This document shows, in pieces, positions 31,258 to 44,171 of a stretch of 64,000 nucleotides of DNA (positions are counted from its first letter, which is position 1; every line of letters begins with the position of its first letter). A program made the position numbers and the translations under genes. The notes under the pieces were generated by a model. The model had not been told where the DNA came from, searched no databases, and saw nothing but the letters and a program-made list of their open reading frames with translations. Origin of the DNA: Shigella phage vB_SsoM_113. The stretch lies in sequence record LR746311, one strand, 5' to 3'.

Positions 31258-32117
31258 TGAAACAATACCAATTTTTAATTAAAGATATCCTGGAAAATGG
31301 CTATGAAACCGATGACCGAACAGGCACAGGAACAATTGCTCTGTTCGGTACTAAATTACGCTGGGATTTAACTAAAGGTTTTCCTGCAGTAACGACTAAG
31401 AAGCTCGCCTGGAAAGCTTGCATTGCTGAACTAATATGGTTTTTATCGGGAAGCACAAATGTCAATGATTTGCGATTAATTCAACATGATTCATTAATTC
31501 AAGGCAAAACCGTTTGGGATGAAAATTACGAAAATCAAGCAAAAGATTTAGGATACCATAGCGGTGAACTTGGTCCAATTTATGGAAAACAATGGCGCGA
31601 TTTTGGCGGTGTAGACCAAATTATAGAAGTTGTTGATCGTATTAAAAAACTGCCAAATGATAGACGTCAAATTGTTTCTGCATGGAATCCAGCTGAACTT
31701 AAATATATGTCATTACCACCTTGTCATATGTTTTATCAATTTAATGCGCGTAATGGCTATTTGGATTTGCAGTGGTATCAACGTTCAGTAGATGTTTTCC
31801 TCGGTCTTCCATTTAATATTGCGTCATATGCTGCGTTAGTTCATATTGTAGCTAAGATGTGTAATCTTATTCCGGGAGATTTGATATTTTCTGGCGGTAA
31901 TACTCATATCTATATGAATCACGTAGAACAATGTAAAGAAATTTTGCGTCGTGAACCTAAAGAGCTTTGTGAACTGGTAATAGGCGGATTGCCTTATAAA
32001 TTCCGATATCTTTCTACTAAAGAACAATTGGAATATGTTCTTAAACTTAGGCCTAAAGATTTCGTTCTTAAAGGTTACGAATCTCACCCGCCAATTAAAG
32101 GAAAAATGGCGGTATAA
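31257..32117 (+). CDS. td: thymidylate synthase (intronless)
   Basis: 286 aa from ATG 31257 (MKQYQFLIKDILENGYETDDRTGTGT...), collinear with spliced T4 Td; no intron. Confidence 0.95.
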
Positions 32118-32123
32118 ATTTAA

Positions 32124-32399
32124 TTGCGAGGATATATGATTTTACGATTTAAAGATACTTCTGGTGTAGTTCTTTTTACACTTCCTAATCCAAGCGAGTT
32201 AGAAGTTCCAGGACCAAATCAGCCTATTATCATTTATGGCAAAAAATATTATACTCATAAAATGACTCGTGAGTATTTTGATAATAAAATTTCCACAGTT
32301 AAAACTTCTTCTGACTGTTATTATGATATTACTGTTTTAACGGAAAAACAATATGACGAATTATCACCGCGCGAGCCGTCTATGCCAGGTAGTGAATAA
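32124..32399 (+). CDS. hypothetical protein (nrdA.2 position)
   Basis: 91-aa ORF. Confidence 0.4.
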   Translation: MRGYMILRFKDTSGVVLFTLPNPSELEVPGPNQPIIIYGKKYYTHKMTREYFDNKISTVKTSSDCYYDITVLTEKQYDELSPREPSMPGSE

Positions 32400-32679
32400 A
32401 TATAAATCCGACTTTGATGTTAATATTCACCGTGGTACATTTTGGGGAAATTACGTCGGTAAAGATGCTGGCAGCCGGGAGGCTGCCATTGAATTATTCA
32501 AAAAAGATTTTATACGTCGAATTAAATCCGGAGAAATAACTAAAGCACATTTAGAGCCTTTACGTGGAATGAGGCTAGGATGCACATGTAAACCAAAGCC
32601 GTGTCATGGTGATATAATAGCTCATATAGTTAACCGATTGTTTAAAGACGATTTTCAAGTTGAGGACTTATGCAATTAA
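32353..32679 (+). CDS. hypothetical protein with C-terminal Cys/His cluster (nrdA.1 position)
   Basis: 108 aa; [13 protein letters not shown] motif; 47-nt overlap with upstream ORF so start is uncertain. Confidence 0.35.
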   Translation: MTNYHRASRLCQVVNKYKSDFDVNIHRGTFWGNYVGKDAGSREAAIELFKKDFIRRIKSGEITKAHLEPLRGMRLGCTCKPKPCHGDIIAHIVNRLFKDDFQVEDLCN

Positions 32680-34934
32680 TTAATGTTATCAAAAGTAGTG
32701 GTGTTTCTCAGAGCTTTGACCCGCAAAAAATTATTAAAGTTTTATCTTGGGCAGCTGAAGGAACATCTGTAGATCCTTATGAATTATATGAAAATATTAA
32801 ATCATATCTCCGTGATGGAATGACCACTGATGACATTCAAACCATTGTAATTAAGGCTGCTGCGAATTCTATTTCAGTTGAAGAGCCTGATTATCAATAT
32901 GTAGCTGCGCGCTGTTTAATGTTTGCTCTTCGTAAGCATGTTTATGGACAATATGAACCATGTTCATTTATTGACCATATTTCTTACTGTGTAAATGAAG
33001 GTAAATACGACCCTGAATTGTTGTCAAAATATTCTGCAGAAGAAATTACATTTTTAGAATCAAAAATTAAGCACGAGCGGGATATGGAATTTACTTATTC
33101 CGGGGCGATGCAATTAAAAGAAAAATATCTCGTTAAAGATAAAACCACTGGTCAAATTTATGAAACTCCCCAGTTTGCATTTATGACTATTGGAATGGCA
33201 TTGCATCAAGATGAACCTGTTGATAGACTAAAACACGTTATTCGTTTTTATGAAGCAGTATCTACTCGACAGATTTCATTGCCAACTCCTATTATGGCTG
33301 GTTGTCGTACTCCAACTCGACAGTTTAGTTCATGTGTTGTTATTGAAGCAGGTGATTCATTAAAGTCTATCAATAAGGCTTCCGCTTCAATTGTTGAATA
33401 TATCTCCAAACGCGCTGGAATTGGTATTAACGTTGGTATGATTCGTGCCGAAGGTTCTAAGATTGGCACAGGTGAAGTACGCCATACTGGCGTTATTCCT
33501 TTTTGGAAACATTTTCAGACTGCTGTTAAATCATGCTCACAGGGTGGAATTCGTGGCGGCGCTGCTACTGCTTATTATCCTATTTGGCATTTGGAAGTTG
33601 AAAATCTTCTCGTTTTGAAAAATAACAAAGGTGTAGAAGAAAACCGTATCCGTCATATGGATTATGGCGTTCAACTGAATGACCTAATGGTGGAACGATT
33701 CGGAAAGAATGATTACATTACTTTGTTCAGTCCACATGAAATGGGTGGCGAACTTTATTATTCTTATTTTAAAGACCAAGACCGTTTCCGTGAATTATAC
33801 GAAGCCGCAGAAAAAGACCCTAATATTCGTAAAAAGCGTATTAAAGCCCGTGAACTGTTTGAATTGCTCATGACTGAACGCTCAGGAACAGCAAGGATTT
33901 ATGTGCAGTTCATTGATAATACGAATAACTATACTCCATTTATTCGTGAAAAGGCGCCTATTCGTCAGAGCAACTTGTGTTGTGAAATTGCTATTCCAAC
34001 AAATGATGTGAATAGTCCTGATGCTGAAATTGGATTGTGCACGTTATCTGCATTTGTGTTAGATAACTTTGATTGGCAAGACCAAGATAAAATTAATGAA
34101 TTGGCAGAAGTCCAAGTTCGTGCTCTTGATAATCTTTTGGACTACCAAGGATATCCAGTTCCTGAAGCAGAAAAAGCTAAAAAGCGTCGAAACCTTGGCG
34201 TAGGTGTTACTAACTATGCAGCTTGGCTGGCAAGTAATTTTGCTTCTTATGAAGATGCTAACGATTTAACACATGAACTATTTGAGAGATTGCAGTATGG
34301 ACTCATTAAAGCATCCATTAAGCTCGCCAAAGAAAAAGGACCTTGCGAATATTATTCAGACACTCGTTGGTCTCGAGGCGAATTACCTATCGACTGGTAC
34401 AATAAAAAGATTGACCAAATCGCAGCTCCAAAATACGTTTGTGACTGGTCGTCGCTGCGGGAAGACCTTAAGCTCTTTGGCATCCGTAATAGCACATTAT
34501 CAGCACTTATGCCATGTGAGTCATCTTCCCAAGTTTCTAACAGTACAAACGGTATCGAGCCTCCACGTGGACCAGTCTCTGTTAAAGAATCAAAAGAGGG
34601 TTCCTTTAATCAAGTCGTGCCCAATATTGAACATAACATAGACCTGTATGATTACACTTGGAAATTAGCTAAGAAAGGCAATAAACCTTATCTTACGCAA
34701 GTAGCTATTATGCTGAAATGGGTATGTCAGTCAGCTTCAGCTAATACATATTATGACCCGCAGATTTTTCCAAAAGGAAAGGTTCCAATGTCAATAATGA
34801 TTGATGACCTTTTGTATTTTTGGTATTTTGGCGGAAAAAATTTCTATTATCATAATACCCGTGACGGTTCTGGTACTGATGATTATGAAATAGAAACTCC
34901 AAAAGCTGAAGATTGTTCATCCTGTAAATTATGA
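32670..34934 (+). CDS. nrdA: ribonucleotide reductase large subunit
   Basis: 754 aa (same as T4 NrdA); class I RNR active-site motifs. Confidence 0.9.
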   Translation: MQLINVIKSSGVSQSFDPQKIIKVLSWAAEGTSVDPYELYENIKSYLRDGMTTDDIQTIVIKAAANSISVEEPDYQYVAARCLMFALRKHVYGQYEPCSFIDHISYCVNEGKYDPELLSKYSAEEITFLESKIKHERDMEFTYSGAMQLKEKYLVKDKTTGQIYETPQFAFMTIGMALHQDEPVDRLKHVIRFYEAVSTRQISLPTPIMAGCRTPTRQFSSCVVIEAGDSLKSINKASASIVEYISKRAGIGINVGMIRAEGSKIGTGEVRHTGVIPFWKHFQTAVKSCSQGGIRGGAATAYYPIWHLEVENLLVLKNNKGVEENRIRHMDYGVQLNDLMVERFGKNDYITLFSPHEMGGELYYSYFKDQDRFRELYEAAEKDPNIRKKRIKARELFELLMTERSGTARIYVQFIDNTNNYTPFIREKAPIRQSNLCCEIAIPTNDVNSPDAEIGLCTLSAFVLDNFDWQDQDKINELAEVQVRALDNLLDYQGYPVPEAEKAKKRRNLGVGVTNYAAWLASNFASYEDANDLTHELFERLQYGLIKASIKLAKEKGPCEYYSDTRWSRGELPIDWYNKKIDQIAAPKYVCDWSSLREDLKLFGIRNSTLSALMPCESSSQVSNSTNGIEPPRGPVSVKESKEGSFNQVVPNIEHNIDLYDYTWKLAKKGNKPYLTQVAIMLKWVCQSASANTYYDPQIFPKGKVPMSIMIDDLLYFWYFGGKNFYYHNTRDGSGTDDYEIETPKAEDCSSCKL

Positions 34935-34985
34935 TATAATTTGACTCACGGACGAGTCACTATCTATTAACTAAGCGGAAAATTT

Positions 34986-36164
34986 ATGAGCACAGTTTTT
35001 AATACAAATCCAGTTGATGTTTTAAAAGAACCTATGTTCTTCGGTTCAGGTCTTGGTATTGCGCGTTATGATATTCAACGCCATAAAGTTTTTGAAGATT
35101 TAACCGAAAAGCAATTGTCATTTTTCTGGCGTCCTGAAGAAGTAAACTTGATGATGGATGCTGCACAATTTAACAAGCTTCCCCAGTATCAGCAAGATAT
35201 TTTTACTAATAACCTGAAGTATCAATCACTTTTGGATAGCATTCAGGGTCGTGCACCGTCTGCTGTACTTATGTCGTTAATTTCAGACCCAAGTCTTGAT
35301 ACATGGGTTGCTACATGGACTTTTAGTGAAACTATTCACAGCCGTTCATATACTCATATCATGCGAAATCTTTATACTGATCCGTCAAAGGTATTTGATG
35401 AGATTGTATTAGATAAAGCTATTATGAAACGTGCTGAATCTATTGGTCGTTATTATGATGATGTTATTGAGAAAACTCGTGAATGGGAAAACGCAAAAGA
35501 AATTTTTAGGTGTTTTTCAGAGAATGAATATGATTTGGACGCATATTCAAATAGCCTTATGCATGTAGAAGAATGCAAATACGAACTAATGCGTTCTCTT
35601 TACCTTTGTCTGCATGTAATCAACGCATTGGAAGCTATTCGTTTTTATGTATCTTTCGCATGTACCTTTAACTTCCATAAGAACATGGAAATCATGGAAG
35701 GTAATGCCAAGATTATGAAGTTCATTGCACGTGATGAGCAGCTTCACCTTAAAGGCACCCAATATATTATTCGTCAACTTCAACTTGGCACTGATGGTGA
35801 TGAATGGGTTAAAATCGCCCAAGAGTGTGAACAAGAAGCAGTTGATATTTTCATGGAAGTTAACCGTCAAGAAAAAGACTGGGCAGTTCATTTATTTAAA
35901 GATGGTGATGTTCCTGGATTAAATACAAATAGCATGTGGAGCTTTATTGATTACTTAACCGTATCTCGTATGAAACAGTGCGGTCTTCCATGCCCAATTA
36001 CCGATGCTCCGGTTAAACATCCGTATCCTTGGATTCGTGAATATCTTAATTCTGATAATGTTCAATCCGCGCCACAAGAAGTAGAACTGTCATCTTACCT
36101 TGTAGCACAGATTGATAATGATGTTGATGATAAAGTTATGATGAGTTTTAAAAAATATTTTTAA
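34986..36164 (+). CDS. nrdB: ribonucleotide reductase small subunit (intronless)
   Basis: 392 aa continuous ORF with di-iron/tyrosyl-radical type motifs; no intron. Confidence 0.9.
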   Translation: MSTVFNTNPVDVLKEPMFFGSGLGIARYDIQRHKVFEDLTEKQLSFFWRPEEVNLMMDAAQFNKLPQYQQDIFTNNLKYQSLLDSIQGRAPSAVLMSLISDPSLDTWVATWTFSETIHSRSYTHIMRNLYTDPSKVFDEIVLDKAIMKRAESIGRYYDDVIEKTREWENAKEIFRCFSENEYDLDAYSNSLMHVEECKYELMRSLYLCLHVINALEAIRFYVSFACTFNFHKNMEIMEGNAKIMKFIARDEQLHLKGTQYIIRQLQLGTDGDEWVKIAQECEQEAVDIFMEVNRQEKDWAVHLFKDGDVPGLNTNSMWSFIDYLTVSRMKQCGLPCPITDAPVKHPYPWIREYLNSDNVQSAPQEVELSSYLVAQIDNDVDDKVMMSFKKYF

Positions 36165-36169
36165 GGAGT

Positions 36170-36189
36170 GGGCCGCAAGGCCCATTTTA
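36170..36189 (+). terminator. stem-loop after nrdB
   Basis: gggccgcaaggccc followed by attttatt. Confidence 0.4.
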
Positions 36190-36191
36190 TT

Positions 36192-37779
<1,588 letters not shown>

Positions 37780-37782
37780 GCT

Positions 37783-37840
37783 GTTTACAAGTCCCTCGTG
37801 TTGTGTTACAGTAGTTTTACTGACATAACATGAGGACTTT
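37783..37840 (+). promoter_or_regulatory. promoter plus 5' leader hairpin covering the RBS (repeat copy 1)
   Basis: gtttac 37783-37788; arms ctcgtgttgtgtta / tgacataacatgag can pair (G-U tolerant) over the SD-like gagga; repeated at 53574. Confidence 0.45.
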
Positions 37841-37843
37841 ATG

Positions 37844-38347
37844 ATGGATTTGCAGCTTATTACTACTGAGATGGTCGTTGAAGCATACGGTGATACTACA
37901 GATGGGATTTCTGTATTTAAAGGAAATCGTCGAGTTGGATATATCACCGATCTTAAGAAAGATTTAGCTAAGCAAGTCAAGCGGAAAACGACCATTAAAG
38001 AATATCGAAATCGTCGTCTTGAGCAAGCCCGTGATATGCTTCCTGATGCAGTTGAGGAGATGAAAGTCTTTTTAGAAAATCAGCTTGCAAAATATGATTG
38101 TGATGTGTTCATTAATCAGACTCAACCTAATGTTCATATCAATAACTGTAAATGCTATATCATCGTTAATCCTTTGACTGGAAAACATCGTCTTGGAATT
38201 AGTAATCCAAATCGTAGCGCATCGGATATGGCAGAAGATGTTGAGGCATGCTTTAAAATTTCTAAATCTCCTGCTGAACATCATATTTTAATTAACGGTC
38301 TTTCTCAAGACGATATTATAGAGGTTATTAAAACTTTATGCAATTAA
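37844..38347 (+). CDS. alc: Alc (blocks transcription of cytosine-containing DNA)
   Basis: 167 aa from the second ATG, conserved position after rnlA. Confidence 0.7.
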   Translation: MDLQLITTEMVVEAYGDTTDGISVFKGNRRVGYITDLKKDLAKQVKRKTTIKEYRNRRLEQARDMLPDAVEEMKVFLENQLAKYDCDVFINQTQPNVHINNCKCYIIVNPLTGKHRLGISNPNRSASDMAEDVEACFKISKSPAEHHILINGLSQDDIIEVIKTLCN

Positions 38348-38691
38348 GTAATACGACAACAGGCTTGCTATTAATTGTAATTGCATTGGGCGGAACTTCT
38401 TTAATTTTAAAAAATAAAATTGAAAGATTAGAAACGTCTGTTGTAGAAATTACAAAAACGGCCAATGAAAACGCTTTAGCATTAAATAATTTGCGAATTC
38501 AGTATAATTATATTGATGCGATGAATAATAAAAATCGTGAGGCAATTGCTGCTATTGAGCGTGAAAATGAAAAACTGCGCAAAGACGCAAAGAAGGCGGA
38601 TGTGGTGGCTCATAAGCCAGGATTGGTTGAAAAACAAATCAACAACTCCTTCAACAAGTTCGCAGAAGACATCCAGGACCTTTCTAAATGA
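38338..38691 (+). CDS. i-spanin (pseT.3-like)
   Basis: 117 aa; N-terminal TM helix then coiled-coil periplasmic domain; followed by a lipoprotein ORF. Confidence 0.6.
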   Translation: MQLSNTTTGLLLIVIALGGTSLILKNKIERLETSVVEITKTANENALALNNLRIQYNYIDAMNNKNREAIAAIERENEKLRKDAKKADVVAHKPGLVEKQINNSFNKFAEDIQDLSK

Positions 38692-38987
38692 TTAAACTAT
38701 CAGCATTAATATTATCTATTGGTCTTCTAGTTGGTTGTTCGACAAAGCCTCTAGAAGTAAAGAAAGAAACAGTTCATCCTAATTGGCCAGTACAAATAAA
38801 GTCATATGATGAAGCTAAACTATCTTGGCAAGTTAAAGTTATTGATGGTAAAGCTTGGGTCGGTATGCCATTCGAAGATTCCCAGGAATTTCGTATTTGG
38901 CTCAATGATGTAAAACGATATGTACATGATCAGAAAACTATGATATGTTATTATCGTCAAGAGTTAAAAGAGGATAAATGTAAATGA
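38688..38987 (+). CDS. o-spanin lipoprotein (pseT.2-like)
   Basis: 99 aa; signal peptide with lipobox LLVGCS; ATGA overlap with the i-spanin. Confidence 0.6.
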   Translation: MIKLSALILSIGLLVGCSTKPLEVKKETVHPNWPVQIKSYDEAKLSWQVKVIDGKAWVGMPFEDSQEFRIWLNDVKRYVHDQKTMICYYRQELKEDKCK

Positions 38988-39208
38988 TTTCATGGCATCA
39001 ATTTGAACATCTCAAAGGATTGATTTATGAATCCGAGATGGCTGCAATGATTTACGGACGCCAGATTCAGCGGTTAGAATCTTTACCTCCAACTAATGAT
39101 GTTTTATTAGCTCAATCACGTGCTAATCTTAAAAATGAATACCAAAATAAGTGGGGTAAAGCATCTAAAGACCTACATGATTATATTCAATCATTGGTTG
39201 AGAAATAA
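38984..39208 (+). CDS. hypothetical protein
   Basis: 74-aa ORF, ATGA overlap. Confidence 0.4.
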   Translation: MISWHQFEHLKGLIYESEMAAMIYGRQIQRLESLPPTNDVLLAQSRANLKNEYQNKWGKASKDLHDYIQSLVEK

Positions 39209-39211
39209 TAA

Positions 39212-40436
<1,225 letters not shown>

Positions 40437-40437
<1 letters not shown>

Positions 40438-40634
40438 TGGCGTGGCATCATGAAACTTGGTCTATTGTTATTGTAAATAGTGGTTTAGTTGGTACTAGTG
40501 ATGGGCAATTTTGTGTATTCACTAGTGAAATCAGAGCTTGGGAGGAATGCCTTAAATTAAGAGAAAAGAATCCTGATGTTGAACTAACAGTAAAGAAAAC
40601 TAAACTGCCTTTACCATGGAAAACTTATGAATAA
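40437..40634 (+). CDS. hypothetical protein (cd.x region)
   Basis: 65 aa, TAATG overlap with the pseT stop. Confidence 0.4.
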
Positions 40635-40827
40635 CATAGAAAAGATTTATCGGCTTTGTGATAAAATTGAAAAAGAAAAGAAATATCTATTTTGTTTATG
40701 GCCTATTGTTGATGGAAGAGTAGGCTTAGATGTTCTTGATTATGAAACAGAAGACAAAGTAGATGGTTCAACTTTTGATAATGCGTTGGATGTTATTGAT
40801 TGGCTTGAAGAAAATTATGTGAGGTAA
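40627..40827 (+). CDS. hypothetical protein (cd.x region)
   Basis: 66-aa ORF. Confidence 0.4.
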   Translation: MNNIEKIYRLCDKIEKEKKYLFCLWPIVDGRVGLDVLDYETEDKVDGSTFDNALDVIDWLEENYVR

Positions 40828-40829
40828 AT

Positions 40830-41105
40830 ATGTTTCCGACTTATTCTAAAATCGTAGAAGTAGTGTTTAGCCAAATTATTGCTAATAATATGTTTGAAAA
40901 GCTTGATAACGCTGCCGAGCTTCGAATTCATGCTCAAGTGACTCATGTATTGAACACTTTGCTTCCAGACCAGGTGGATTCTATTGCCATTACGCTGTAT
41001 CCAGGTTCTGCGCATATCATTGTCGTATTCGGTCTTGATGCTGAGCTAGTCATCAAAGGCGATATTCGCTTTGAATCACAGACATCAGAATTCAAAGCAA
41101 TTTAA
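40830..41105 (+). CDS. hypothetical protein (cd.x region)
   Basis: 91-aa ORF. Confidence 0.45.
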   Translation: MFPTYSKIVEVVFSQIIANNMFEKLDNAAELRIHAQVTHVLNTLLPDQVDSIAITLYPGSAHIIVVFGLDAELVIKGDIRFESQTSEFKAI

Positions 41106-41107
41106 TA

Positions 41108-41137
41108 GTTTACTTTATGGTAGAGTTGTGATATTAT
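41108..41137 (+). promoter_or_regulatory. early promoter
   Basis: gtttac 41108-41113, 18-bp spacer, tattat. Confidence 0.5.
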
Positions 41138-41167
41138 AGCTATACCAAAACAAATGAGGAAATTGAA

Positions 41168-41695
41168 ATGAGCGAATGGTTTGAAGAAGATAAGGTTTAT
41201 CGCTTTAAAGCTGGATATAAAGATATTTTTAATGAAACTTGCGGGGCTAATAAACGAATTGCCCAGTTTATTGGGGAAAATTCATTTAAAGTAAAAATAG
41301 ATCCTGCGAAAAATGTTATTAGCATTAAACGCGAAATTGATGACCGCTGGTATAAAGCTGTTGATGTAATGGGCGAATCCTATAAAGTTAGCCCGCTATT
41401 TTCAATTGCTTATATGTTAGAATATTCTTTTTTCGAAGAAGTTCAAAAAGATGATTCTGTCAGTAAATTTGAAATTAAAACTGATAAAGAAATTAAGTGG
41501 AAAGTAGTAGGTATTACTGGTTGTATGTTTTATATCTATGCTCAAACTGATACGAAGGAAGAAGCTAAAAAGAAAGCTCTAGAATATCTTGAAGAGTATG
41601 AAGAAGGCCCGGTAATGATTACACAAGATGCTGAATTAGTTTCTGTCAAATTAGTTAAAAACGTTGAAAGTAAGGAGCTGGGATCAACATGCTAA
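41168..41695 (+). CDS. hypothetical protein (cd.x region)
   Basis: 175-aa ORF with GAGGA RBS. Confidence 0.5.
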   Translation: MSEWFEEDKVYRFKAGYKDIFNETCGANKRIAQFIGENSFKVKIDPAKNVISIKREIDDRWYKAVDVMGESYKVSPLFSIAYMLEYSFFEEVQKDDSVSKFEIKTDKEIKWKVVGITGCMFYIYAQTDTKEEAKKKALEYLEEYEEGPVMITQDAELVSVKLVKNVESKELGSTC

Positions 41696-41925
41696 GTGAA
41701 AAACCAATTACTGTTAAAGAATTCCAAGAAAAAGTTAAACTATTTGCTCAGGAATTGGTAAATAAGGTTTCTGAACGATTTCCAGAAACATCGGTTCGCG
41801 TTATTACCGAAACTCCTCGTTCAGTATTAGTAATTGTGAATCCAGGTGATGGTGACCAAATAACACATCTCAAATTGGATTTTGATGGATTAGTTGAAGC
41901 ACAAAGGGTGTATGGCGTACTATGA
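41689..41925 (+). CDS. hypothetical protein (cd.x region)
   Basis: 78-aa ORF. Confidence 0.45.
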   Translation: MLSEKPITVKEFQEKVKLFAQELVNKVSERFPETSVRVITETPRSVLVIVNPGDGDQITHLKLDFDGLVEAQRVYGVL

Positions 41926-42260
41926 TGAATTTAACTGATATAATTGATAATTGTCTTGAAAATGATACTGGCGATCATAGAGCGCTTGACTCTGAAACAG
42001 CTCAGTTCATTAGAATAACTTTAATGAATGATACTCTAGTGAATAGTATTCATCCTTCTGTGTATGATGCTATTATTGTGACGAAGTATCCAGTTGAGCT
42101 TCACAAAAAGATGGTTGGCGCAATTTTTATTGATAAGAAAAACCGCTTTAAAGATGGGCAGAATATAATTAGTTCTGTTATTAAAAGTATAACTAAACTT
42201 CGTCACGAAATTTATCGTGTTGAAACTGCTAAATCTGCTTATCTGGTGATTATGAAATGA
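41922..42260 (+). CDS. hypothetical protein (cd.x region)
   Basis: 112-aa ORF, ATGA overlaps. Confidence 0.45.
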   Translation: MMNLTDIIDNCLENDTGDHRALDSETAQFIRITLMNDTLVNSIHPSVYDAIIVTKYPVELHKKMVGAIFIDKKNRFKDGQNIISSVIKSITKLRHEIYRVETAKSAYLVIMK

Positions 42261-42838
42261 AAGCGAGTACAGTACTTCAAATTGCATATTTAGTATCACA
42301 AGAATCAAAATGTTGCTCCTGGAAGGTAGGAGCAGTAATTGAAAAGAATGGACGTATTATTTCTACTGGATATAATGGTTCACCTGCAGGTGGTGTGAAC
42401 TGCTGTGATTATGCTGCTGAGCAAGGTTGGTTGCTGAATAAGCCTAAACATACTATCATTCAAGGTCATAAGCCTGAATGTGTATCATTTGGTTCAACTG
42501 ATCGTTTTGTCTTGGCGAAAGAACATCGTAGCGCGCACTCTGAATGGTCGTCTAAAAATGAAATTCATGCTGAACTAAATGCGATTTTGTTTGCTGCACG
42601 AAACGGTTCTTCAATTGAAGGTGCTACTATGTATGTAACACTTTCTCCTTGCCCAGATTGTGCAAAAGCAATAGCTCAATCTGGTATTAAAAAGCTGGTT
42701 TATTGTGAAACATACGATAAAAATAAACCTGGCTGGGATGATATTCTGCGAAATGCAGGTATTGAAGTGTTTAATGTTCCTAAGAAAAACTTGAATAAGT
42801 TAAACTGGGAAAATATCAACGAATTCTGTGGTGAATAA
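42257..42838 (+). CDS. cd: dCMP deaminase
   Basis: 193 aa; cytidine/dCMP deaminase zinc motifs (HAE...PCxxC). Confidence 0.85.
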   Translation: MKASTVLQIAYLVSQESKCCSWKVGAVIEKNGRIISTGYNGSPAGGVNCCDYAAEQGWLLNKPKHTIIQGHKPECVSFGSTDRFVLAKEHRSAHSEWSSKNEIHAELNAILFAARNGSSIEGATMYVTLSPCPDCAKAIAQSGIKKLVYCETYDKNKPGWDDILRNAGIEVFNVPKKNLNKLNWENINEFCGE

Positions 42839-43074
42839 TGAAATTTCGTTTGGTACAGCTCACAGCAATTAGTTCTTATTCTACCGAGAACATTTCATTT
42901 GCTGTAGAGTATAAGAAATATTTTTTCTCTAGGTGGAAACAGTATTATAAATCAAACTGGGTTTGTATTGATAGACCGCATAGTTGGAAATCTGATTTAG
43001 AAAAATATCAAAAATTACTTTCCACTCTTAAAGAACGTGGAACAATTTATCATAAAACTGTAATAGGTAAATAA
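42838..43074 (+). CDS. hypothetical protein (31.x position)
   Basis: 78-aa ORF. Confidence 0.4.
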   Translation: MKFRLVQLTAISSYSTENISFAVEYKKYFFSRWKQYYKSNWVCIDRPHSWKSDLEKYQKLLSTLKERGTIYHKTVIGK

Positions 43075-43383
43075 ATGAAACTGACGACTGAACAAAAAGT
43101 AGCAATTCGTGAAATTTTGAAAACTAAATTGTCCATGGGGGTTTCAAACGTAGTTTTTGAAAAGTCTGATGGTACTATTCGTACTATGAAAGGCACTCGT
43201 GATGCGGACTTTATGCCAACCATGCAAACTGGTAAATTGACTGAATCTACTCGGAAAGAATCTACTGATATGGTTCCAGTATTTGATGTTGAACTCGGTG
43301 CATGGCGAGGTTTTTCTATTGACAAATTGATTTCCGTTAATGGTATGAAAGTTGAGCATTTGCTTCAATTTATTGGTAAATAA
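43075..43383 (+). CDS. hypothetical protein (31.x position)
   Basis: 102-aa ORF. Confidence 0.45.
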   Translation: MKLTTEQKVAIREILKTKLSMGVSNVVFEKSDGTIRTMKGTRDADFMPTMQTGKLTESTRKESTDMVPVFDVELGAWRGFSIDKLISVNGMKVEHLLQFIGK

Positions 43384-43439
43384 ATGCTTTAAGAATTATT
43401 TGTTATTATTAATTCATCTGTTAACAAAAAGGAAAAACG

Positions 43440-43775
43440 ATGTCTGAAGTACAACAGCTACCAATTCGTGCTGTCGGTGAATATGTGATTTTAGTTTCTG
43501 AACCTGCACAAGCCGGTGATGAAGAAGTTACAGAATCAGGGCTTATTATCGGTAAACGCGTCCAAGGCGAAGTTCCTGAACTGTGTGTAATTCACTCTGT
43601 TGGTCCTGATGTTCCTGAAGGTTTCTGTGAAGTTGGTGATTTGACTTCTCTTCCAGTTGGTCAAATTCGAAACGTTCCGCATCCTTTTGTAGCTCTGGGT
43701 CTTAAGCAGCCAAAAGAAATTAAACAAAAATTTGTTACCTGTCACTATAAAGCTATTCCGTGTCTTTATAAGTGA
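43440..43775 (+). CDS. 31: co-chaperonin gp31 (GroES analogue)
   Basis: 111 aa; [40 protein letters not shown] matches T4 gp31. Confidence 0.9.
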   Translation: MSEVQQLPIRAVGEYVILVSEPAQAGDEEVTESGLIIGKRVQGEVPELCVIHSVGPDVPEGFCEVGDLTSLPVGQIRNVPHPFVALGLKQPKEIKQKFVTCHYKAIPCLYK

Positions 43776-43922
43776 TATAAATAATAATATGAATTGGGTG
43801 TCGGAATAATAAGTTAACCGAACAATTCTATGTGGTAGTCTACAACTGAGAGATCTGTCGAAAGAAGATGAAATTCAGAAGAACGTGACTACCGAGTTTT
43901 AATCTCTAACGAGAATTTTTAA

Positions 43923-44171
43923 ATGATTAAACAATTACAACACGCTCTTGAACTGCAACGAAACGCATGGAATAATGGTCACGAAAACTATGGCGCATCT
44001 ATTGATGTTGAAGCCGAAGCTCTTGAAATCCTGCGTTATTTCAAACATCTGAATCCTGCTCAAACTGCATTAGCTGCTGAGCTTCAGGAAAAAGATGAAC
44101 TTAAGTATGCTAAGCCTCTGGCTTCTGCCGCACGAAAAGCAGTTCGTCACTTTGTGGTAACACTGAAGTAA
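43923..44171 (+). CDS. rIII: lysis inhibition accessory protein RIII
   Basis: 82 aa, conserved position after gene 31. Confidence 0.75.
   Translation: MIKQLQHALELQRNAWNNGHENYGASIDVEAEALEILRYFKHLNPAQTALAAELQEKDELKYAKPLASAARKAVRHFVVTLK

Noticed and set aside
33248-34641. ORFs overlapping nrdA (33248..33469 on -, 34273..34641 on +)
   Set aside because: Contained within the conserved nrdA reading frame on other frames or the opposite strand; no independent support.
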